Assembly (NCBI GenBank): GCA_040901675.1
Contig: JBBDYJ010000028.1
Location: 53,525-117,524 of the forward strand
Direction of reading: 5' to 3'
DNA length: 64,000 nt
Source of the DNA: Pirellulales bacterium
Lineage (GTDB): Bacteria; Planctomycetota; Planctomycetia; Pirellulales; JAICIG01
Below the pieces are notes generated by a model. It searched no databases and was not told the DNA's origin. It worked only from the letters and a program-made list of their open reading frames with translations. Shown here in pieces: positions 46,682-57,379 of the stretch (position 1 is its first letter; every line of letters begins with the position of its first letter). Made by a program: the position numbers and the translations under genes.

Positions 46682-47731
46682 ATGAGTTCCACGATCAGCG
46701 GCGGTCAATTTCGGCTGTCACGGCGCGGCACGCGCCCTGTTGAGTGGGAAACCGTCAACTGCCCGGCCTGCGGCTGCGGCGACTTCATTCCCCCTGTCTG
46801 GCCCGCCGCGACCGATTTAGCCGCTGCTGGCTGTCTGCCGAGCCTCGTGCGCTGCCAGAACTGCGAACTGACTTTCACCAATCCGCGGCCGATCGTGCGC
46901 GACATCGGGCACTTTTACCCGCCCGAATACGGCTGCCATGACGTCCGAGGCAATTGGGACACCCGCCGGCGTGCCCGCTGGCGGCGCCGCCTGGAAGGGC
47001 ACGTGCTGAGGGCGTTTTTCAATTACCCGCCGCAGCCGGCCGGCATGGCCACACTTCTGGCCGGATGCCTGGGCCGCGTTTGGATCCGAAGCTCGCAACA
47101 CCGGGCCGGCTGGATTGAATACCAGGGAGCGGGCAGCCTGCTCGACTTTGGCTGCGGGGCCGGCTCGTTCCTGCGCCGGATGCAGGCACACGGCTGGCAT
47201 GTCGAGGGGCTGGACGTCTCGGCCGCGGTCGCCCGCCGCGTACAGCGGCAGACCGGTATTCGAGTGCACGTGGGCAGCTTGCCGCACGGCGACTTGAAGA
47301 CGGGTTCGTTCGACTGCATCACCATGTGGCAGTCGCTGGAGCACGTACACCAGCCGCGGCGCGTGCTGGAAAGCGCCCGCGAACTATTGCGTCCCGGCGG
47401 CACGATCGTGGTCTTGGTGCCAAACCTCCAGAGCTGGTCGTTTCGGGTGTTCGGTCCGCACTGGTTCGCCTTGGACCTGCCCCGGCACCTGACGCATTTC
47501 ACCCCCGTCACGCTGGCGCGGCTTCTGCAGACTACGGGCTTCCACGTTCGACGCAGTCAACAGGTGGCCATCGATGGCTGGATCCGGCAATCGGCCCGCC
47601 AGGTTGCCGCAGCCGGCCACCGCCAATGGCTGAGCGTGTGCCGCTGGAAACCGCTGGCGCTGGCAGTGGCCCGTTGGACCGAGCGTCGAGGCATGGCCGA
47701 TAACGTCCTCGTCGTGGCCGAGCGCGAGTGA
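46682..47731 (+). CDS. Class I SAM-dependent methyltransferase with N-terminal Zn-ribbon
   Basis: CPACG...CQNC; LLDFGCGAG; FDCITMWQSLEHV; start uncertain. Confidence 0.88.
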   Translation: MSSTISGGQFRLSRRGTRPVEWETVNCPACGCGDFIPPVWPAATDLAAAGCLPSLVRCQNCELTFTNPRPIVRDIGHFYPPEYGCHDVRGNWDTRRRARWRRRLEGHVLRAFFNYPPQPAGMATLLAGCLGRVWIRSSQHRAGWIEYQGAGSLLDFGCGAGSFLRRMQAHGWHVEGLDVSAAVARRVQRQTGIRVHVGSLPHGDLKTGSFDCITMWQSLEHVHQPRRVLESARELLRPGGTIVVLVPNLQSWSFRVFGPHWFALDLPRHLTHFTPVTLARLLQTTGFHVRRSQQVAIDGWIRQSARQVAAAGHRQWLSVCRWKPLALAVARWTERRGMADNVLVVAERE

Positions 47732-47793
47732 GGTGGCTTGACTTACTGACAAGCACGGCTCGTTGGCCGTCGTTGATTGGGTGGAGAAACGCA

Positions 47794-48873
47794 ATGCGCC
47801 TGTTGGCCTTGATCGAAAAACCCGGGCACGTTTGTTACCGCTATCGACTGGAGGCCCACGCCCAGGCGCTCAGCGAGCGCAACTGGAGCCTGCAGGCGGC
47901 ACCGCTGGCGCGAACGCATCGCGAGTGGCTAAGCCAACTGAAGGATGTTGCCGCCGCCGATGCCGTCGTCTTGCAGAGAAGGCTGTTGCCGGCGTGGTGG
48001 CTATGGCTGCTGCGCCGCTCGGCCAAGGTGCTGATCTACGACCTGGACGACGCCATGTTTTTCCGCGACAGCAACGCCGCCAAGCCGGCCGCCAGTTCCC
48101 GCAGGATCAGACGCTTTCGGGCCACCGTGCGGCTGGCGGATGCCGTGACCGCGGGTAATGGCTTTTTGGCCGACAAGGCCGCCGCACACGGCGCCGCGCA
48201 TCGCGTACACCGCCTGCCGACGTGCGTCGATCCGGCCCTGTACCCGCTCGCTCGGCATACGCGGCGCGGAAGCCAAACGCGGCTGGCCTGGATCGGCAGC
48301 AAGAGCACCATGCCATCGCTGCGCCTGGCCGCCGGCGGCCTGGCCGAGGCGGGCCGCCGCCTGGGCGGGCTGGAGCTGCGGCTCATCTGCGACTGCACCG
48401 CGGCCTTGCCCGAGATTACCGTCGCGCCCCGACGCTGGTCGTCCGAAACCGAGGCCCGTGAGCTGGCCGACGCCGACATCGGCATTAGCTGGCTGCCGGA
48501 TCATCCTTGGAGCCTGGGCAAGTGCGGATTGAAAGTATTGCAGTACATGGCCGCCGGCCTGCCGGTCATCGCCAACCCGATCGGCGTTCACCGAGAGATG
48601 ATTGTGGATGGCCAGACCGGCTTCCTGGCCGAATCGCCCAGTGAGTGGGCCGGGGCGATCGAAAGGCTGGCCGCCGATCCCGCCTTGCGGGCGGCCATGG
48701 GGGCGCGTGCCCGGGAGCTGGTCGAACGCCAGTACAGCGCCAGCCGTTGGGGGACGCGGTTCGCCGCTCTGGTCGATTCCACCGCCTCGCCCGCCGTCTC
48801 CCAAACGCCGCGCAGCCGCTGGCGGGTGCCGGCCTGGCATTTGCGCGCGAGCGCCCGCCGCACCCCACGCTGA
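47794..48873 (+). CDS. GT4 family glycosyltransferase
   Basis: YDLDDA, WIGS, GKCGLKVLQYMAAGLPVIANPIG. Confidence 0.9.
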   Translation: MRLLALIEKPGHVCYRYRLEAHAQALSERNWSLQAAPLARTHREWLSQLKDVAAADAVVLQRRLLPAWWLWLLRRSAKVLIYDLDDAMFFRDSNAAKPAASSRRIRRFRATVRLADAVTAGNGFLADKAAAHGAAHRVHRLPTCVDPALYPLARHTRRGSQTRLAWIGSKSTMPSLRLAAGGLAEAGRRLGGLELRLICDCTAALPEITVAPRRWSSETEARELADADIGISWLPDHPWSLGKCGLKVLQYMAAGLPVIANPIGVHREMIVDGQTGFLAESPSEWAGAIERLAADPALRAAMGARARELVERQYSASRWGTRFAALVDSTASPAVSQTPRSRWRVPAWHLRASARRTPR

Positions 48874-48934
48874 ATGCGCAGCGACGGCCCGCCGCCGCGC
48901 TCGGCTCGGCTGGTGCGAAGCAGGCGGCGGCTAA

Positions 48935-49708
48935 TCAGACGGATTCAAGCGCCGGGCGAAGCTCGTGGTGAAGGGCCTGCACCAGGCTGTTGGGGTCCAC
49001 GGGCTTGGGAAACCAGCGATCGACCGCCTGGGGACCGCACGCGAGACTCAACTGCGACGGCGAGGCGCCCGAGACGGCAAAGATCTTCAGGCCGTCGAAG
49101 CGGGGATCCGATCGGATGCTGCGTAGGGTCGCGGGCCCGTCGCAGCGAGGCATGATCATGTCCAGCAGCATGAAGTCGGGACGCGGCTGCCCGGACAAAT
49201 AGTCGAGCGCATCGGCGCCGTCGCCCGCGGTGGCCACCTCGAATCCGGCCAGGCGCAGGAACCCGGCCAGCAATTCCCGCTCGTTCTGATTGTCCTCGAC
49301 CACCAGGCCCTTTCGGCCCGCCAGCGCCGGCTTGCTGGCCTGGGGCTCCTTGGCTTGCCGCCAGGCGGCGACCGTTGTCTTCAACTCCTCTTCCAGCTTG
49401 TCGATCGTTGAATGGGCTTCGGGGATCATGCCCCGGTTCAACTGCTCTCGCAACAGGGCCAGCGCCATTCCGGTCGCGTGCATTTGGTTGGCGATTGCAT
49501 GGGCTGCGGGTCGCTGGTCGTTGGCCGGCTGCCAGTGGGCAACCGGCGAGAAGGGCACGCCGAGCAGTTCTTCGCGCGCCACGGGAACCCCGCGGGGCGC
49601 TTCGATGCCGAAGCGCACCGTGTTGCCCCTGACACGCAGCACCTCGATCGAGGCGCTGATGGACGGAAAGACGATCTTCTGAGACGGACGGCGGGAGAGT
49701 ACGAGCAT
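48935..49708 (-). CDS. CsrA-like domain fused to a response-regulator receiver domain
   Basis: MLVLSRR...VRFGIEAPRGVPVAREEL; LVVEDN...LLDMIMPRCDG...FPKP. Confidence 0.88.
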   Translation of the reverse strand: MLVLSRRPSQKIVFPSISASIEVLRVRGNTVRFGIEAPRGVPVAREELLGVPFSPVAHWQPANDQRPAAHAIANQMHATGMALALLREQLNRGMIPEAHSTIDKLEEELKTTVAAWRQAKEPQASKPALAGRKGLVVEDNQNERELLAGFLRLAGFEVATAGDGADALDYLSGQPRPDFMLLDMIMPRCDGPATLRSIRSDPRFDGLKIFAVSGASPSQLSLACGPQAVDRWFPKPVDPNSLVQALHHELRPALESV

Positions 49709-50126
49709 TGCGGATATCCTTTCCAAGTGTCGGGCCAGACCACGCGCAGCCGACCACCGGCCAACACGTGTTGGGGCCCCCCGGCCATGAGGGGCACGAT
49801 TTAGCCGTCCTCCGCGCAGCGACGACAGAGTCGTCACGCGCGCCCGTTCGCTCACGAGCCCGAGACGGAAAATCGCGGCGAGTTGCCCGACCTCCATGCG
49901 GTCAGCGTCTGGGAGAATCGCGCCCCCTGCCAGCGGCTAGCCGATACGGCTGAGCCGGGGCGATTCATATCCGTGGGCTCCATGCCCGCGCAACGCGCCA
50001 GTCGGAGGGGATTTGTACCGGAAAGTCTGAGCGAAGGGCAAGGTCAATTTCCGCTTTTTTTTCCGCATTTTTCGCCCCCCATGCTAGCAATGCCCGGCCC
50101 TGGAAGCGTCCCCAGTCAATTACCTG

Positions 50127-51269
50127 TCAATCACCGCTGGCAGCGCCGCCGCCCGCAGGCCCGCGATTAGGAGAAGTCCTCCCCGTGAAGTACATGTCGT
50201 CGCCCACCGCCCGCCATTGCGCGTGTTCCAACCGCCAGGCGGCCTCGATGTCTTCCAGGCCCTCGCCGCCAAAAGGCGATGCCGCTCCCAAGCCGCCGAT
50301 CAGTTTCGGCGCGATGAAAGCGTGCACTTCGTCGATCTGGCCGGCATCCAGCAGGCTGCCCAGCAGGCCGGCCCCCCCTTCCACCAGCACGTTCGTCATC
50401 CGCCGGCGGCCCAGCTCGTCCAGCAATTCTTCCAGCCGCTCGTGGGCACCGGCGGCCTGGCAAACAAATACTTCGGAACCAGCCTCGCGCAACCGGCGAC
50501 GGTCCGCCTCGGGGGCCTGCGGCCCGACTGCCACCAGCAGCGGGAATTGCCGGGCCGTCCGCACCAACTGGCTGGTCGAAGTCAGGCTGGCCTGGCTGTC
50601 CAGCACGAGCCGAGTGGCGGTGCGCGGGCCCGCGGGCCGCGCCGTCAACAGCGGATCGTCGGCCATCGCCGTGCCGCGCCCGATCATGATCGCATCCACG
50701 CGGCCGCGCAACTCATGGACGATCCGCCGCGATGCTTCGCCCGATATCCAGCGGCTATGCCCAGCGCGGGTCGCCAGCTTGCCGTCGAGCGTCATGGCCC
50801 ACTTGGCGATCACCCAGGGCCGCTGCCGCGCCATCAACTTCAGGTACGGCGCGTTGAGCTGCCGCGCCTCCGGCTCCAGCAAGCCGACTTCGGCTTCGAT
50901 CCCCGCCGCCCGCAACCGGGCAATGCCGCCCCCCTGCACGGCCGGAAACGGATCGAGGTGAGCGGCCGCCACGCGGCCCAGCCCCGCCGCGATGATGGCC
51001 TCGGTGCAGGGAGGCGTCTGGCCTTGGTGGCAGCATGGCTCGAGGGTCACGTACATCGTGGCGCCGGAGGCGCGGGATCCGGCCACGGCCAGGGCCTCGA
51101 CTTCCGCATGCGGCCCTCCATAACGGCGGTGCCATCCTTCGCCGATGATCTCGGCGCCCCGGGCGATCACGCATCCCACCAAGGGGTTCGGCTCGGCACC
51201 GCCTCGCCCCAGGGCCGCCAGTTCCAGGGCCCGTGTCATGAGCCAGCGGTCGAGCTGCGGCTCGTTCAT
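50127..51269 (-). CDS. ribD: Riboflavin biosynthesis deaminase/reductase RibD
   Basis: PNPLVGC, HAEV, TLEPCCHQGQTPPC, KWAMTLDGK, VEGG. Confidence 0.96.
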   Translation of the reverse strand: MNEPQLDRWLMTRALELAALGRGGAEPNPLVGCVIARGAEIIGEGWHRRYGGPHAEVEALAVAGSRASGATMYVTLEPCCHQGQTPPCTEAIIAAGLGRVAAAHLDPFPAVQGGGIARLRAAGIEAEVGLLEPEARQLNAPYLKLMARQRPWVIAKWAMTLDGKLATRAGHSRWISGEASRRIVHELRGRVDAIMIGRGTAMADDPLLTARPAGPRTATRLVLDSQASLTSTSQLVRTARQFPLLVAVGPQAPEADRRRLREAGSEVFVCQAAGAHERLEELLDELGRRRMTNVLVEGGAGLLGSLLDAGQIDEVHAFIAPKLIGGLGAASPFGGEGLEDIEAAWRLEHAQWRAVGDDMYFTGRTSPNRGPAGGGAASGD

Positions 51270-51297
51270 GTGCTGAAAGGTTGCCAAGGCCGCCTGC

Positions 51298-53430
51298 TCA
51301 ATCCGAGCCCGGAGTCCAGATGGCGGACTTTCGGCCGGGGACCTCGGCGCTGTGCGGCGTCCAAATTCCGGGCCGTTGGGATGTTGCCTCACCGGGCATG
51401 GCAATCTCGGGCTCCGGCTGGTCGGCCACCGGCAAGTGCAATTTGCCATCGTCGTCGATCAGGCCCGCCTCGTGCAAGAGCTGGAAGAACTTGCTGCGGA
51501 CATCCGGCTCGCCGGTGTGAACTCTGACGATGTGTTCGATCAGCGGCATGATCTCGCTGAATAATCCGTTGGTCATGCACAAGGCGAGCTCATCCACGTC
51601 GAGCAAGCCGCACGACTTACCGGCGGCCACAAGAGCGGCGCGTCCCTGCCGCACGTAGTCCAGGGCCTGCGTGGTCGTGGCGGCCGTCAACGCCAGCGCG
51701 GTGTAGAGGGCGTGCAGGTTCGCATCCGGATGGATACGCGTACGGGCGAGCACCTCACGGGCCAGCTTATAAAGGGCGCCTCTCACCTGGAAGGTGAATG
51801 CTTTGTCAAACACGAACAGCAGGTCCCCGTCGGAAAGCTTATCGACCATCAGCCGCGACAGGCGGACCAAGGGCACCTGCTTGATGTCGATCGATGCGGG
51901 ATCGATCGGGTGCGGCACCGGCAAGCCGACCTGCGACCGCAGCGCGTCAAGATCTTCGTTCGGCGTCGACACCTGGTGGGCCAGCTCGAGCTGCAGAATC
52001 GCCGCCAGCAGCTTGACCCGCTGGGTCGGATCGGCGGCGGCCTGGGCCGCGGTACGCCCCTCGAACAAAGGATTCGCCAGCGCCGGCCAGGCCTCGAACA
52101 GGACCCGCCGCCGGCCGACTTTCATCAAGGCGCGTGCATGGTCGGCCGGTGTGTCGTGGGGCAGGTTCCATGAGCGAACCAAGACCCGCTTGGCCAGCGG
52201 CGCCGACCCGACCACTTGCTCGGCGCCCGGCGGGCCCAAGGCGTCGCCCACGCAAGCCGCCAACTGGCTGGTCGCGTCGGCAAGCTCGTCCCGGTAGGCG
52301 GCCAGCTCAATCCGCGCCGGCCGATCCGTCTGGCGCCCGAAAAGGGACAGGTTGCCCCGCAGCTCCGGGACGTCGTCCATCGCCAAGCCGATTCCGCTGG
52401 CCGGCAAGGGCCGGTTAAACACGGCAAACGACGAGCGCGGCGGGGGACCGTATTCCTCGGTCTGCAGGCTGTCGGGCAGATCCATCGGACCGAACGACCT
52501 CGAAGCCGACAGCCGCCGTTCGGCCTGCTCGGCGTCGTTCACCGTATACTCGATCTGTACCAGGTCGACCTCGGGCCAGGCCGCCGGATCGAGTATCTGG
52601 GCCAGCGCTTCGGCCTCGACCGCGTCGTCGGGCGGCACGTCCAACGCGGCCAGACGCCGCAGCGCGGCCACAGCGCCTGCCTCGTCGGCCAGAATCAAGC
52701 GGACCCGGGCCAAATACTGCCAAACCGCCGGCGCGTCGGGTGCCTGTTCGGCAAGCCTGGTGAAGCCCTCCCGGGCCGACCACCAATCGCCGGCCCAGAC
52801 CTGCGCGAGAGCCACCTCGAACTCGTCTTTGGACGGCAGTTTCGAAACGTCTCCCAGCGGGTCGTGAGGCCGATCCTTCAGCAACGGCGAAACGTCCGGC
52901 GCCGACACGAACTTTCCAAATAGGCCCACAATCGTTTCGTCGTCGCCGGAAAGCTGCTGATACACGTTGGCGTGGGCCAAAAACGCGGGGATGCGGCCCT
53001 CCGCGTACAGCGCCAACGTGACGTACCGCAGCGCCAGCATCACGTGCGGAGTTACGCCCTGCGTCGAAGCGGCAATCGCCTTGCTCAGCAGCTCAATGCC
53101 CTGGTCGAGCTGCTCTTCTCTCATGGCGATCATCGCCGACATCGCCAAGCCGTTCGGATTGTCCGGGTGCAGCTCTCGCAGCCGGCGGACCGTTTCAGCC
53201 AGCTCTTCCTTGCGGTCCAGGTGCAGCTCGAGCATCGCTTTGTCGGTCAGCACGCATTGGCGGCCCGGAAACCTGGCATCGACCCGATTGAGATGGTCGA
53301 GGCAGGCCTGGAACTGCTCGCCATCGATCATGCGGGACGCCTTGTCCAGCTCGCTCACCAGATCGCTGCAGCAGAACTTGATCTTCTTGCCCGTGCCGCC
53401 CGGACAGGGGCTGTAAACGTCGATCTTCAT
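51298..53430 (-). CDS. Helical/TPR-like protein with an N-terminal SEC-C-like motif
   Basis: PCPGGTGKKIKFCC; C-terminal IWTP x2. Confidence 0.75.
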   Translation of the reverse strand: MKIDVYSPCPGGTGKKIKFCCSDLVSELDKASRMIDGEQFQACLDHLNRVDARFPGRQCVLTDKAMLELHLDRKEELAETVRRLRELHPDNPNGLAMSAMIAMREEQLDQGIELLSKAIAASTQGVTPHVMLALRYVTLALYAEGRIPAFLAHANVYQQLSGDDETIVGLFGKFVSAPDVSPLLKDRPHDPLGDVSKLPSKDEFEVALAQVWAGDWWSAREGFTRLAEQAPDAPAVWQYLARVRLILADEAGAVAALRRLAALDVPPDDAVEAEALAQILDPAAWPEVDLVQIEYTVNDAEQAERRLSASRSFGPMDLPDSLQTEEYGPPPRSSFAVFNRPLPASGIGLAMDDVPELRGNLSLFGRQTDRPARIELAAYRDELADATSQLAACVGDALGPPGAEQVVGSAPLAKRVLVRSWNLPHDTPADHARALMKVGRRRVLFEAWPALANPLFEGRTAAQAAADPTQRVKLLAAILQLELAHQVSTPNEDLDALRSQVGLPVPHPIDPASIDIKQVPLVRLSRLMVDKLSDGDLLFVFDKAFTFQVRGALYKLAREVLARTRIHPDANLHALYTALALTAATTTQALDYVRQGRAALVAAGKSCGLLDVDELALCMTNGLFSEIMPLIEHIVRVHTGEPDVRSKFFQLLHEAGLIDDDGKLHLPVADQPEPEIAMPGEATSQRPGIWTPHSAEVPGRKSAIWTPGSD

Positions 53431-53487
53431 GAGAAGCGATGTCCCCTGGGAAGTTATCCGCTGGGAAGTTGTAGGTTGTGCGCTGGA

Positions 53488-54552
53488 TCAGCCCGCCTGC
53501 CGGCCGGCCAGGGCGCGGCGCTTGTCGCCGATCAACTGGAGCAGAACCTTTTGCGGGTCGGCGAATTTCTTGACCCCCTCGGCCATCAGTGTTTCTTCCA
53601 ACGTGCGGATGTCGACCAGGCGATCGATTTCGGCCAGCACCGCCGGCTCCGGCATGCGCTCGATCTGCGACGTGAAAGTTCGGCCGCTGCGCTCGATCGC
53701 CTCGTTGGTGGCCGGCGGATTGGTTTCGATGTCGCTGCCGGCAAACGCCTCGACATACTTCCAGGGGGGGTCGCCGGGCTTCTTGGTGCCGGTGCTGGCA
53801 AAGATTATCTCCTGGGCCAGCGGCGTGCCCTTGTCCGACCAGAACCGGCGGTTCTCGGCCCAGATCCGCTTGGCGTTCACGATGCCCACCATTCCCTGGG
53901 CCGCCGGCGAAAGTTGCGGCACTGCTCTTTCGGTGTAAACATCCAAGCGGGAGACAAAGATGCTATAGACGCTCTTGAACCGCGACAGGTCCTTGCGCCG
54001 CCGCGCACCGGCCCACACGGCGTCGCGGGCGGCCCGGTACTGCCGCGGCGAGAAGGTCAACGTCACGTTCAGCGTGACTCCCGCCGCCGCCAGCTCTTCC
54101 AGCGCGGCCAGGCCGGCCTCGGTAGCCGGCACCTTGATCATCCGGTTCTCGTGCCCCCGGGCCCATTGCTTGCCCAGCTCGATATAGCGCGCCACGCGCT
54201 CGTCGTGCACAGGTCCCTGCTCGGGATCCTCCAGCAGCGGATCGAGCTCGAAGCTCACGTAACCGTCGTTCCCCGATGTTTCTTTCCAAACCGGCAAGAA
54301 CACCGACTGGGCCTGCCGGACCAGCTTGTCGGTGAGCTGCCAGGCGATCTGCTCGTCGGCGAGGCCCTGCTGCATCAGCCGCTCCAGCTCGTCGTCGAAG
54401 CGGCCCGTCTTGATCAGGTCGGCAATGATGATCGGGTTCGAGGTGGCGCCGCTAGCGCCCAAGGCGCGGTTGCCGGCCACCAGATCGGGGTCGATCGAAT
54501 CGAGCCAGAGCTTCGTGCCGGACGCTATCAGCGATTTTAAAGGCGAAGTCAT
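53488..54552 (-). CDS. tal: Transaldolase family protein
   Basis: LWLDS, GATSNP, VSFELDP, MIKVPAT (Schiff-base Lys), [21 protein letters not shown]. Confidence 0.92.
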   Translation of the reverse strand: MTSPLKSLIASGTKLWLDSIDPDLVAGNRALGASGATSNPIIIADLIKTGRFDDELERLMQQGLADEQIAWQLTDKLVRQAQSVFLPVWKETSGNDGYVSFELDPLLEDPEQGPVHDERVARYIELGKQWARGHENRMIKVPATEAGLAALEELAAAGVTLNVTLTFSPRQYRAARDAVWAGARRRKDLSRFKSVYSIFVSRLDVYTERAVPQLSPAAQGMVGIVNAKRIWAENRRFWSDKGTPLAQEIIFASTGTKKPGDPPWKYVEAFAGSDIETNPPATNEAIERSGRTFTSQIERMPEPAVLAEIDRLVDIRTLEETLMAEGVKKFADPQKVLLQLIGDKRRALAGRQAG

Positions 54553-54706
54553 TGGGCGGTTCAGTCCGCTGGAGGTCCCTTAGAGCAATCCGACAGAATA
54601 GCAAAACTTGCCCTGGGCCGCCACCGGCAGCAGGCTGCGCCCAAGTGGCATCCTGCGGTCGACTCGTCATTCGGTCATTCGATTGACCAGACTACTGCTG
54701 ACCAGA

Positions 54707-55975
54707 CTACTGCGGGCTGGCAATCACCAGGGCCACGGCCTGGCCGGCGGGCGACTGGTTGAGTACCAGGGCGGTGCCGGGCCGGCCCGCCAAAGGTTCG
54801 CCCCGCACCACGCTCACCGGGCATTCGCGGTCGGGATGCTCGTAATTGAGCGTCACGGGCACCAGCCCCTTTTCCAAGGCCAGCAGGCTCGCGGCCAACT
54901 CCACCGCCCCCGTGCCGGAACCCAGGTTTCCAAAAAAGCTCTTGGGCGCCGTCACGGGAACCGCACCCAATACGTCGCGGATGGCCTTGGCCTCGATGCA
55001 ATCGTCGTGGGGCGTGCTCAGTCCGTGGGCGTTCACGTGGCCCAGGTCCGAGGCCTTCAATCCCGCCATCGTCAAGGCCTGTCCGATTCCGCGGCGAATG
55101 GCCGATCCGGTCGCCGGCCGGTCGCCGGCTTGCGGCTCGAAGCAGCTCGAATAAGCCAGCACGCGGGCACGCACGTTCGCCCCGCGGCGCCTGGCGTGCT
55201 CCAGGCTTTCCACAATGACCGCGGCCGACCCTTCGCCGTTGACAAAACCGTCGCGCAGCGCATCGAATGGCCGCGAAGCGCCGGCCGGATCCTCCACCCG
55301 CTGTGACACGCACAACAGGCGGTTGCGGGCCCAGATCGTGGGATGAATCCGAGACCCGGTGCCTCCACTGATCATGATGTCGGCCTGGCCCCGCTCGATC
55401 ACCCGCACCGCCTCGGACAGTGCCAGCAGGCTGGAGGATTCGGCCAGCAGAACGGAATTGTTCGGCCCGCGAGCATCATGAGCGATGGCAATGTGGCAGG
55501 CCGGCATGTTGGGCAGGTACTTCAGCATCCAAAGCGGATAGACCTCTTCCATGGCCCGGCGGCCCCACTCGCGGAAGTCGAACGTGCCATCCACCAGGCA
55601 GCGGCGGAAGGCTCCCGCCACGTCCTCCGGTTGGCACTGGATCATGTCGGACCCGAACACGACCCCGAATCGATCGGGATCGATCGACTCGGCGGCGATC
55701 CGGGCATCGCTGCACGCCAGGTCAGCGGCCGTGACACCCAGTTGGATGTCGCGCGACATCACCTTGAGGCTCTTCCGCGGCTTAACGTATTGCTTGGGAT
55801 CGAATCCAACGACTTCGGCGCCGAAGTCGATCGGCGAAGTGCTGGCATCGAAGGCGGTCAACCGCCGGACGCCGCTCTGAGCGGAGCTGAGTGAGGCCCA
55901 AAAGGCCTCCTCCCCGATGCCGATCGGACTGACGACGCCCAGACCCGTGATGACCACTTCGCGTGCAAGCGACAT
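54707..55975 (-). CDS. FabF-like ketosynthase with altered catalytic residues (chain-length-factor-like)
   Basis: VVITGLGVVSPIG, SRPFDALRDGFVNGEG; LAESSS where ACAS is expected; AHGLST; KSFFGNL. Confidence 0.85.
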   Translation of the reverse strand: MSLAREVVITGLGVVSPIGIGEEAFWASLSSAQSGVRRLTAFDASTSPIDFGAEVVGFDPKQYVKPRKSLKVMSRDIQLGVTAADLACSDARIAAESIDPDRFGVVFGSDMIQCQPEDVAGAFRRCLVDGTFDFREWGRRAMEEVYPLWMLKYLPNMPACHIAIAHDARGPNNSVLLAESSSLLALSEAVRVIERGQADIMISGGTGSRIHPTIWARNRLLCVSQRVEDPAGASRPFDALRDGFVNGEGSAAVIVESLEHARRRGANVRARVLAYSSCFEPQAGDRPATGSAIRRGIGQALTMAGLKASDLGHVNAHGLSTPHDDCIEAKAIRDVLGAVPVTAPKSFFGNLGSGTGAVELAASLLALEKGLVPVTLNYEHPDRECPVSVVRGEPLAGRPGTALVLNQSPAGQAVALVIASPQ

Positions 55976-56257
55976 GCTGCTCGAGGTGCTTTTAAGAGCC
56001 TGTCGGAGGGCACTGGGTGCCGGAAAAGATTGTCCGTTTGGGCGCGCAGGGGATGCTTAAACCGTGGCAGGCAAAGGATATATACCAGAAGCCACCGGTT
56101 TCTCCCAGCCCACCCATAGAGTCATCTTACCGGCCGCGTGCCGTTCGGTGGAATAGGCAACCTGGGTCAGCCGCGTATACTTGATTTTTCCGGGCCTGGG
56201 CGAAAAGATGGAGTTGCACCTTGTGCTATCAACACCCGCCGGACTCCCTCCCGCGTC

Positions 56258-57355
56258 ATGGCCACCGCATCCACCGTCGCGACAGCACCCCGCTACCATA
56301 CCGCTTTTTCGATTCGCCAGGCGCGCCGGATCGTCGAGGAACTGTTCGTGCCGCGGCCGGCCATCTACTGGACTGACTTTCTGTTCTCGATCGGCATCGG
56401 TGGGACAGCATTTCAATTGGTGCGGCGCGTGCCGCCGTTTTCCATCGGGCAACTGCTGCTGTACGCCATATCGTGCCTGGCGCTGTACCGGGCCGCCTTG
56501 TTTATCCACGAGTTGGTCCATCTGCGCAGCGGCACGTTCAACGGTTTCCGCGTAACGTGGAACCTGCTGTGCGGGATCCCGTTTCTGATGCCCTCGTTTC
56601 TGTACTACACGCACATGGCCCACCATGCGCGAAAGCACTACGGCACCCACGACGACGGCGAGTATTTGCCACTGGGGGCCGGTCCGGCACGGGCCATCTT
56701 CGTCTATCTCTGCCAGCCGCTGGTCATCCCGGTACTGGCGGTGGTGCGGTTCCTGCTCTTCACGCCGGTGGCCTGGATCAGTCCTCGCTTCCGCCGTTTC
56801 GTCCACCAGCGGGCCAGCTCGATGGTGATGGATCCCAGCTACGTGCGGCCGCTGCCCACGCCCAAGGAGCTGCGGGCCTGGCGGCTGCAGGAGGCCGCTT
56901 GCTTTCTTTACGCCTTCGGAGCGGCCTGGCTGTTCATTCGCGGCCGTTTGCCGCTGGAGCTGTTGGCGCAGGGTTACCTCACGGCGGTCGGCGTGATCAT
57001 GGTCAACCACGTGCGGACACTGGGGGCGCACCGGTTTCGGCACGATGGCGAAGAGCTGTCGTTCGTCGAACAGTTGCTCGACTCGATCAACTATCCGCGC
57101 AACCCGCTGATTTCCGGCCTTTGGGGCCCCGTGGGACTGCGATTCCACGCCCTGCACCACCTGTTCCCGTCGATGCCGTATCACTCGCTGGCCGAAGCCC
57201 ACCGGCGGCTGATGGCTGAACTGCCGCCCGACTCGCCGTACCGGCGGACGGAAAGCCCGGGGCTGTGGGCCTCGCTGTGCGAGTTGTGGCGCGCGGCCAG
57301 GACCTCAGCCGACACGCGTGGCGAAATTCGCCAGAGTTCCGAGCGCATGGCGTAG
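56258..57355 (+). CDS. Membrane fatty acid desaturase
   Basis: His boxes HELVH, HMAHH, HALHH. Confidence 0.9.
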   Translation: MATASTVATAPRYHTAFSIRQARRIVEELFVPRPAIYWTDFLFSIGIGGTAFQLVRRVPPFSIGQLLLYAISCLALYRAALFIHELVHLRSGTFNGFRVTWNLLCGIPFLMPSFLYYTHMAHHARKHYGTHDDGEYLPLGAGPARAIFVYLCQPLVIPVLAVVRFLLFTPVAWISPRFRRFVHQRASSMVMDPSYVRPLPTPKELRAWRLQEAACFLYAFGAAWLFIRGRLPLELLAQGYLTAVGVIMVNHVRTLGAHRFRHDGEELSFVEQLLDSINYPRNPLISGLWGPVGLRFHALHHLFPSMPYHSLAEAHRRLMAELPPDSPYRRTESPGLWASLCELWRAARTSADTRGEIRQSSERMA

Positions 57356-57374
57356 CGGAATTCGCCAGAATTCC
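57318..57374 (+). repeat. Two REP family A copies overlapping the desaturase 3' end
   Basis: gtggcgaaattcgccagagttcc and gtagcggaattcgccagaattcc; the second supplies the TAG stop. Confidence 0.75.
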
Positions 57375-57379
57375 GGCGC

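Noticed and set aside
51270..51450. FMN riboswitch upstream of ribD
   Set aside because: Only ~28 bp separate ribD from the upstream gene, and no RFN-like motif is seen.
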